A stretch of DNA of 32,000 bases from Synechococcus elongatus PCC 6301 (GTDB lineage Bacteria > Cyanobacteriota > Cyanobacteriia > Synechococcales > Synechococcaceae), in contig NC_006576.1 in assembly GCF_000010065.1 (NCBI RefSeq), positions 2,664,256-2,696,255 of the forward strand, in the 5' to 3' direction. The position numbers and the translations under genes are program-made. Of the stretch, positions 26,185-32,000 are shown in pieces; within the stretch, counting starts at the first letter, position 1; the number at the start of each line of letters is the position of its first letter. The notes beneath the pieces were generated by a model. It did not search any database. It worked only from the letters and a program-made list of their open reading frames with translations, and was not told the DNA's origin.

Positions 26185-28392
26185 ATGGATCTACTATCAA
26201 ATTTGCGGCGATCTTCGATTGTCTTGAACCGATTTTATGTGAAGTCATTAAGTCAGTCAGATTTGACTGCTTACGAGTATCGGTGCATTTTTAAAAAGAC
26301 TCCAGAGCTAGGAGATGAGAAACGTTTACTGGCTAGCATTTGCTATAAGTTAGGTGCAATCGCCGTCAGGATCGGCAGCAATATTATCACCAAAGAAGCC
26401 GTTAGACCCGAAAAATTACAGGGGCATGATTGGCAACTTGTACAAATGGGAACTAAACAGCTCGATTGCCGTAATGACGCTCATCGATGTGCTTTGGAAA
26501 CCTTTGAGCGGAAATTTTTAGAAAGAGACTTGTCTGCTAGTTCTCAAACAGAGGTCCGAAAAGCAGCTGAAGGGGGATTGATTTGGTGGGTAGTAGGAGC
26601 CAAAGGTATTGAAAAAAGTGGCAACGGTTGGGAAGTTCATCGCGGTCGAAGAATTGATGTCAGTCTAGATGCCGAAGGGAATCTCTATCTAGAAATTGAT
26701 ATCCATCATCGCTTCTATACTCCTTGGACGGTTCATCAATGGCTAGAACAATATCCAGAGATACCTCTCAGCTATGTTCGCAATAACTATCTTGATGAAA
26801 GGCATGGGTTTATCAATTGGCAATATGGCAGGTTCACTCAAGAGAGGCCGCAAGATATTTTATTAGATTGTTTAGGAATGAGTTTGGCAGAATATCATCT
26901 TAATAAAGGCGCCACAGAAGAGGAAGTACAGCAGTCTTATGTAGTCTATGTCAAACCTATTAGCTGGCGAAAAGGTAAGCTAACAGCCCATCTCTCACGC
27001 AGGCTATCGCCCAGTCTGACCATGGAGATGCTCGCCAAAGTGGCAGAAGACAGCACTGTATGCGATCGCGAAAAACGTGAAATCAGAGCTGTTTTTAAGA
27101 GCATCAAACAGTCTATTAACCAGCGTCTCCAGGAAGCCCAAAAGACAGCTAGTTGGATCCTCACAAAAACCTACGGGATATCGAGTCCTGCGATCGCACT
27201 CTCTTGCGATGGTTATCTGTTGCCTGCCGCTAAGTTACTAGCTGCGAATAAGCAGCCTGTCTCCAAGACTGCGGATATTCGCAATAAAGGATGTGCCAAG
27301 ATTGGTGAAACCAGTTTTGGCTACCTTAATCTTTATAACAATCAACTTCAATATCCTTTGGAGGTTCATAAATGTCTACTGGAAATTGCAAACAAGAACA
27401 ATCTGCAACTATCCCTCGATCAACGTCGAGTCCTAAGTGATTATCCTCAGGACGATCTCGACCAGCAAATGTTTTGGCAAACTTGGTCTAGCCAAGGAAT
27501 CAAAACTGTTCTAGTCGTTATGCCTTGGGATTCCCATCACGATAAACAGAAAATTCGTATTCAAGCGATTCAGGCAGGCATTGCTACTCAATTTATGGTG
27601 CCGCTACCAAAGGCTGATAAGTATAAAGCTCTTAACGTCACTCTTGGACTATTGTGCAAAGCAGGTTGGCAGCCTATCCAACTTGAATCCGTTGATCATC
27701 CCGAAGTAGCTGATCTGATTATTGGCTTTGATACCGGCACGAATCGAGAGCTCTACTATGGAACTTCTGCCTTTGCCGTTCTTGCTGATGGACAGAGCCT
27801 AGGATGGGAACTACCTGCTGTACAGGGGGGAGAAACATTCTCAGGTCAAGCGATTTGGCAAACTGTCTCGAAGTTGATCATCAAGTTTTATCAGATTTGT
27901 CAGCGCTATCCTCAGAAGCTGTTGTTAATGCGAGATGGATTAGTCCAGGAGGGTGAATTTCAACAAACAATCGAGCTACTAAAAGAGAGAAAAATTGCTG
28001 TTGATGTTATCAGTGTTCGGAAAAGTGGAGCTGGACGTATGGGGCAAGAAATCTATGAAAATGGTCAGCTTGTCTACCGAGATGCAGCCATCGGTAGTGT
28101 AATCTTACAGCCAGCCGAACGCTCATTCATCATGGTGACGAGTCAACCTGTGAGTAAAACGATTGGAAGTATTCGACCACTACGAATCGTGCATGAATAT
28201 GGCAGTACGGATCTAGAGCTTTTGGCTCTGCAAACCTATCATCTGACCCAGCTTCATCCAGCGAGTGGTTTCCGCTCTTGCCGCCTTCCTTGGGTGCTGC
28301 ATTTAGCCGATCGGAGTAGTAAAGAGTTTCAGCGAATTGGACAAATTAGTGTTTTGCAAAATATCAGTCGCGATAAGTTAATTGCGGTCTAA
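26185..28392 (+). CDS. Long prokaryotic Argonaute (pAgo) with N/PAZ/MID/PIWI length and a complete DEDD catalytic tetrad
   Basis: 735 aa. The PIWI RNase-H tetrad is read directly: D516 in LIIGFDTGTN (27730-27732), E550 in VQGGETFSG (27832-27834), D584 in LLLMRDGLV (27934-27936) and D709 in VLHLADRSS (28309-28311). The spacing of 34/34/125 residues is close to TtAgo/CbAgo. The MID 5'-end pocket is H452-K456 (HHDKQK), Q469 (GIATQF) and K492 (LLCKAG). Confidence 0.92.
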   Translation: MDLLSNLRRSSIVLNRFYVKSLSQSDLTAYEYRCIFKKTPELGDEKRLLASICYKLGAIAVRIGSNIITKEAVRPEKLQGHDWQLVQMGTKQLDCRNDAHRCALETFERKFLERDLSASSQTEVRKAAEGGLIWWVVGAKGIEKSGNGWEVHRGRRIDVSLDAEGNLYLEIDIHHRFYTPWTVHQWLEQYPEIPLSYVRNNYLDERHGFINWQYGRFTQERPQDILLDCLGMSLAEYHLNKGATEEEVQQSYVVYVKPISWRKGKLTAHLSRRLSPSLTMEMLAKVAEDSTVCDREKREIRAVFKSIKQSINQRLQEAQKTASWILTKTYGISSPAIALSCDGYLLPAAKLLAANKQPVSKTADIRNKGCAKIGETSFGYLNLYNNQLQYPLEVHKCLLEIANKNNLQLSLDQRRVLSDYPQDDLDQQMFWQTWSSQGIKTVLVVMPWDSHHDKQKIRIQAIQAGIATQFMVPLPKADKYKALNVTLGLLCKAGWQPIQLESVDHPEVADLIIGFDTGTNRELYYGTSAFAVLADGQSLGWELPAVQGGETFSGQAIWQTVSKLIIKFYQICQRYPQKLLLMRDGLVQEGEFQQTIELLKERKIAVDVISVRKSGAGRMGQEIYENGQLVYRDAAIGSVILQPAERSFIMVTSQPVSKTIGSIRPLRIVHEYGSTDLELLALQTYHLTQLHPASGFRSCRLPWVLHLADRSSKEFQRIGQISVLQNISRDKLIAV

Positions 28393-28482
28393 GCGTGATG
28401 GCTCAGTACTCGCCCGAGCCACGGCTGGATGCAATTTATGGGTACAGCCTCTAGGATGGCGTCAACGCAGAGGGCGAAGCCG

Positions 28483-28914
28483 ATGGAGATGCCCCGCATC
28501 AGTCGCGATACAGCCCGCATGTTGGTCAATTACCTGACCTATCAAGCGGTCTGTGTGATTCGGGATCAATTGGCTGAGACGAATCCGGCCGGTGCATACC
28601 GGCTGCAGGTTTTCTCGGCTGAGTTCTCCTTTCAGGATGGAGAAGCTTACCTAGCAGCTCTACTCAACCACGATCGCGAATTGGGCCTGCGGGTGATGAC
28701 AGTACGGGAACATTTGGCCGAGCATATTCTCGACTACCTGCCGGAGATGACGATCGCTCAGATCCAGGAGGCGAATATTAATCATCGCCGTGCTTTGCTT
28801 GAACGGCTGACGGGTCTTGGGGCAGAGCCTAGCTTGCCGGAGACCGAGGTGAGCGATCGCCCCAGTGACTCAGCCACTCCTGATGATGCTTCTAATGCCT
28901 CCCATGCGGATTGA
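28483..28914 (+). CDS. rbcX: RuBisCO assembly chaperone RbcX
   Basis: [35 protein letters not shown]…[21 protein letters not shown]…[11 protein letters not shown] matches the conserved RbcX core (…LxSYLTYQAV…ETNP…TVRE-LAE…LPEM…NHRR-LLERLT). The start is chosen at the ATG at 28483 by analogy to the RbcX N-terminus. The track start at 28429 is possible. Confidence 0.88.
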
Positions 28915-29584
28915 AATTGTTCAACACGTTGATTTTGAAGGGCCTGCCGCGATCGCCCCGTGGCTTGTAGAACGGGGTCATCAACTCTCGACAACGCTGC
29001 TCTCGGCCGGAGATCCATTGCCGGATTGGCGCGATCGTGAAGCGGCGATCATCATGGGTGGGCCGATGAGTGTCGATGAGAATGAGGACTATCCTTGGCT
29101 GCTGACGGAAAAGCAGTGGCTGCAAACGGCGATCGCTGCCGATAAAAAGCTTGTTGGCATTTGCTTGGGGGCGCAACTGCTCGCGCAAGCCCTTGGAGCA
29201 ACGGTCGCACCGGGGCCAGAGCCAGAAATTGGTTGGTTCCCGATTCAGTTCAGCGCGGCGGCGCAGGCGATCGCGGGCATTCCGGCGGAACTGATTGCCT
29301 TTCATTGGCATGGGGACCAGTTTTCCCTGCCACCGGCAGCAATCTCCCTCGCCCAAAGTGCTGTCTGTCCTCAACAGGGTTTTCTCTGGGGCGATCGTAT
29401 TTTGGGGTTGCAGTGCCATCTGGAAATGACTCCTGCAGCGATCGCCACGCTCACCAAAGCGGCGGCAGCGGATCTGCGCCCTGCTCGTTTCATCCAGTCC
29501 CCTCAGACCATGCTGGCCGGTTGTGATCGCTGTTCCAGTAACCATGCCGTGCTATTTGCACTGCTGACTAATTTGGGATTCTGA
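28904..29584 (+). CDS. Class I glutamine amidotransferase-like protein (GuaA-type GATase1 domain only)
   Basis: From the ATG at 28904 it reads [17 protein letters not shown]… It has the nucleophile elbow GICLGAQLL and a His-x-Glu pair in LQCHLE. The start overlaps the rbcX stop by 11 nt. Confidence 0.85.
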
Positions 29585-29937
29585 TCCTCCCTGACGGCAT
29601 TGACCTATTCGGCGGTAGTAGACCCATACTTCTTGTCTTGAGCAAGGTGGAGCGATCGCGGCAAGAATGTTCTGTCTCAATCAACGATGCCTTGATGACA
29701 GCGATCGCCCTGCCTCGGCGTAGCGCGTTGGTATCCAGACACCAGGAAGATTTTTGTGGCATTGCGGATCTGAAATCACTCAGCCCTTGGGGCAATCAGA
29801 AATTTGAGCCAGAGTTTTTGCCAAAATTTTTCACTGCACAGCTGTAGATGGTAGGTCAGTAGAACTCGTATCAAGGGTAACGGTTCTTATTGGTTGACTT
29901 TAATACTTTAAAATTCTGACTCACCTCTCACAAGCCA

Positions 29938-30336
29938 GTGCTCTTACTCAACTCTTTTTTGAAGAACTGGATGGCAGTTGTTTGTATCCTAAGCACAGCG
30001 GCTTGCACCTCAAATCAATCAGGCAAACTCTTTGAATCTGTTCAACCTGCGAGAGGCTCAGGAAACAGTCAGCAGACAATTGTAATTGACGTCGAAAACA
30101 AGTATAAAATTGCTCGCCAACAAGGTGATCTAGAACAGATCTGTAAACGAGCTCAGCTTACTGCAAGCACTTATTTTTATATACAAGGTTATGACTCTAC
30201 TACCCATCAGTTTTGGAAGTCAATTGAGAGTCGAGACTGTAAAGCATTTCAAGCAGAGGAATCTCGTATGCTCAAAGAAGAGGCTATTCAAATGATTAGT
30301 CCTTTCCGGAGTGTGATGAATCAAACGATTGATTAA
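29938..30336 (+). CDS. Small secreted protein or lipoprotein, orphan
   Basis: 132 aa. The N-terminal hydrophobic segment ends in LSTAAC (lipobox-like, with Cys followed by TSNQSG). The gene is AT-rich. The start is GTG at 29938 or ATG at 29971. I recognise no family. Confidence 0.5.
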   Translation: MLLLNSFLKNWMAVVCILSTAACTSNQSGKLFESVQPARGSGNSQQTIVIDVENKYKIARQQGDLEQICKRAQLTASTYFYIQGYDSTTHQFWKSIESRDCKAFQAEESRMLKEEAIQMISPFRSVMNQTID

Positions 30337-30485
30337 GAGAGTTAAGATAAATTGAACAGAGCTAATGACTTATATCAACACTTGCTGAATGGGTGGTCGA
30401 GAACCTCTCTAAGCAAGGAAACTTACATAGCAACAGTTATACCTCTGCTTGTGAAATTTACTCTGTGGCTGTAATCATTGTGATG

Positions 30486-30788
30486 CTAAGACCTACCTAG
30501 CTTGGAGACCTGAAGAGACTGTATAAGCCATAAATGAGCTGGCTTGATACTGACCGGTTCAAAGTCAATGCAGCAGATAGCTTCTTCAGAGAATGCTTGG
30601 CAAGGGCGAACAGTGCACTTAAGCCTGTGGTCGCCGGTGGAAAAGGCACATCGGTTACAGGGAACTTGATGCAATCGTTTTAGCTGTGCTGCTCCATCCT
30701 GTAAGGCACATAAAACAGATAAGAAAAAGAGTGTTAGAACTAGCCAAATGCAAATGGGGCAAACTGAGTTAATGATGATTTGATTCAT
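30486..30788 (-). CDS. Small Cys-rich membrane protein (one TM segment plus a CxxC…C…C…CC putative metal-binding domain)
   Basis: 100 aa. The TM segment is ICIWLVLTLFFLSVLCAL, followed by VPCNRCAFSTGDHRLKCTVRPCQAFSEEAICCIDFE. The ATG is at 30788, 37 nt downstream of the isiC-like stop on the same strand. Confidence 0.55.
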   Translation of the reverse strand: MNQIIINSVCPICIWLVLTLFFLSVLCALQDGAAQLKRLHQVPCNRCAFSTGDHRLKCTVRPCQAFSEEAICCIDFEPVSIKPAHLWLIQSLQVSKLGRS

Positions 30789-30825
30789 GATCGTAAGAAG
30801 ATGTAACCAGGCTTAATGTAAAGCT

Positions 30826-31536
30826 CTAAGCAAAAACTGCTAGCTGATTCCAGAATTTAGTAATTTGTTGGCTAACTTGCTCGGGATATATGCAGTGGAA
30901 GAAATGGCGTCCGCTTAGACAAATCCACATCCGAGAAAGAGCATGATACAAATGTTGTCGCCAAGCTTTAATTTGCTCTTGGCTGATAATGATGTCATCT
31001 GCACTCCCACAGACAAGAAGCGGGACTTTGACAGCAATGGGTGGGAAACTTGCTGAATTTAGAAGACTATGTAGCGACAGTGACTCGTAGAGATCTTGTT
31101 TTAAAGCATGGGTTACTGTTGGGCTCGTCTTTCTACACCCTAGTAGCCGATCGCTGATTTTTTGTAAGAGGATCTGCTGATCTTCAAGTCTATCTCGGCG
31201 CTGGTTATAGTAATAAGATTGCCAATTAACTGCTGGGTCAACACCAACTGAAAGAATGGTGAGCGATCGCACATGTTCAGGATAATGATGGGCGTAGAGC
31301 AAACCTAATAGTCCCCCTGTCCCATGACCAAGGAGGTGGAGCGGACGATCGTAACTTTTTAGATAATCATGTAGTAATACTAAGGCTGTATCCAGAGAAG
31401 CCGCTTCATCAGGATCTTGAAGGTACTCCCAATGAGCGATCGCAGTAGATTGAGCAAGTGTTTGTAACAGTGGACGATCAAACATTTGTAGTGCGGGACT
31501 GACACTGATCCAAACAGCATCAATAGACGACAGCAT
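30826..31536 (-). CDS. isiC: Alpha/beta-hydrolase-fold protein (isiC-like, downstream of flavodoxin)
   Basis: 236 aa. It has the elbow HLLGHGTGGLLG, and later GSADD and GRHFFH in the positions expected for the acid and His. It sits directly downstream of isiB on the same strand, as I recall for the isiABC arrangement in S. elongatus. The symbol is tentative. Confidence 0.75.
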   Translation of the reverse strand: MLSSIDAVWISVSPALQMFDRPLLQTLAQSTAIAHWEYLQDPDEAASLDTALVLLHDYLKSYDRPLHLLGHGTGGLLGLLYAHHYPEHVRSLTILSVGVDPAVNWQSYYYNQRRDRLEDQQILLQKISDRLLGCRKTSPTVTHALKQDLYESLSLHSLLNSASFPPIAVKVPLLVCGSADDIIISQEQIKAWRQHLYHALSRMWICLSGRHFFHCIYPEQVSQQITKFWNQLAVFA

Positions 31537-31625
31537 TGGGAATACCTATCTAGGCAATGAGAATCAGAGAATGAGCTGTGTTAGACCATGGAATACTCTG
31601 TGCAACACAACTCGCTCAACCAAGA

Positions 31626-32000
31626 TTAAAGACCGAACTCTGACTTTAGCTGGCTGACCCAAGTCTTAATTCGATTCTTTGTGAGATCAGGTTGATTGTC
31701 TTCATCAATTGCTAAACCAACAAACTGATTATTGCGTACAGCTTTTGACTCATTGAAGTCATAGCCTTCAATAGGCCAATAGCCAACTGTTTGACTACCT
31801 AAAGAGCTAATTTTTTCTTCTAGAATGCCCATAGCATCCTGAAAGTTATCGGAATAGCCTACTTGATCACCCGCTCCAAAGTAGGCAACTTTCTTCCCTT
31901 GAAAGTTGACTGAGTCTAAATCATCATAGATTCCTTCCCAGTCACTTTGCAGTTCACCAACATTCCAAGTAGGACAACCGATAATTAAATAATCATAGGC
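31626..32000 (-). CDS. isiB: Long-chain flavodoxin, partial (N-terminus beyond the right window edge)
   Basis: The track shows only the last 68 aa. Manual translation of the same minus frame to the window edge gives AYDYLIIGCPTWNVGELQSDWEGIYDDLDSVNFQGKKVAYFGAGDQVGYSDNFQDAMGILEEKISSLGSQTVGYWP…, the classic flavodoxin FMN-binding core. Confidence 0.92.
   Translation of the reverse strand, partial: AYDYLIIGCPTWNVGELQSDWEGIYDDLDSVNFQGKKVAYFGAGDQVGYSDNFQDAMGILEEKISSLGSQTVGYWPIEGYDFNESKAVRNNQFVGLAIDEDNQPDLTKNRIKTWVSQLKSEFGL

Noticed and set aside
25301-29584. Accessory partner genes for the Argonaute (nuclease, SIR2/TIR-APAZ, helicase, Cas4-like) on either flank.
   Set aside because: The upstream gene has clear SdhB Fe-S motifs. 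The downstream genes are clear RbcX and GATase1. None resembles known pAgo-associated effectors, so the pAgo is called stand-alone.
29568-29847. Two mutually overlapping small ORFs: 29638-29847(+) 69 aa with a TTG start, and 29568-29795(-) 75 aa.
   Set aside because: They have no recognisable motifs or RBS and they exclude each other, and one needs a TTG start. Either could be real or a gene remnant, but I cannot support a call from sequence alone.
1-32000. The recurrent GCGATCGC copies as a CRISPR array or as mobile-element terminal repeats.
   Set aside because: The copies are 8-bp palindromes irregularly dispersed inside coding sequence, not 25-40-bp repeats with regular spacers. I saw no cas genes or transposase.

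Overview
The window looks like a cyanobacterial chromosome segment. It has very dense HIP1 octamers (GCGATCGC), a split rpoC1/rpoC2, and gene content and order consistent with the Synechococcus elongatus PCC 7942/6301 lineage; this is recognition by eye, not a search. The left two thirds (1-23.2 kb) is GC-rich core genome. It holds a partial sensor histidine kinase that the ORF track misses, a UvrD-type helicase, hisD, rpsT, tatD, rpoB-rpoC1-rpoC2, typA/bipA interrupted by a 1-nt frameshift, a GIDE-like membrane protein, a large fusion of a cNMP-like domain, a sigma-54-type AAA+ domain and a polyferredoxin membrane domain, a Ycf49-like membrane protein and csaB. The right third is compositionally patchy and more AT-rich. 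It holds a divergent RHH-Mop regulator with modA-modB, sdhB, a 735-aa long prokaryotic Argonaute (26185-28392), rbcX, a class I glutamine amidotransferase, an AT-rich block of small orphan genes, and the tail of an iron-stress cluster (isiC-like hydrolase and a partial flavodoxin isiB). The Argonaute is the standout. It has an intact DEDD slicer tetrad and an H-K-Q-K 5'-phosphate pocket, and no partner genes. It is visibly AT-richer and HIP1-poor, and near-identical 10-mers sit just after the stop codons on both sides of the cassette. I found no rRNA, tRNA, CRISPR array or recognisable IS/transposase by eye. All calls rest on manual translation and motif recognition; no searches or statistics were run.
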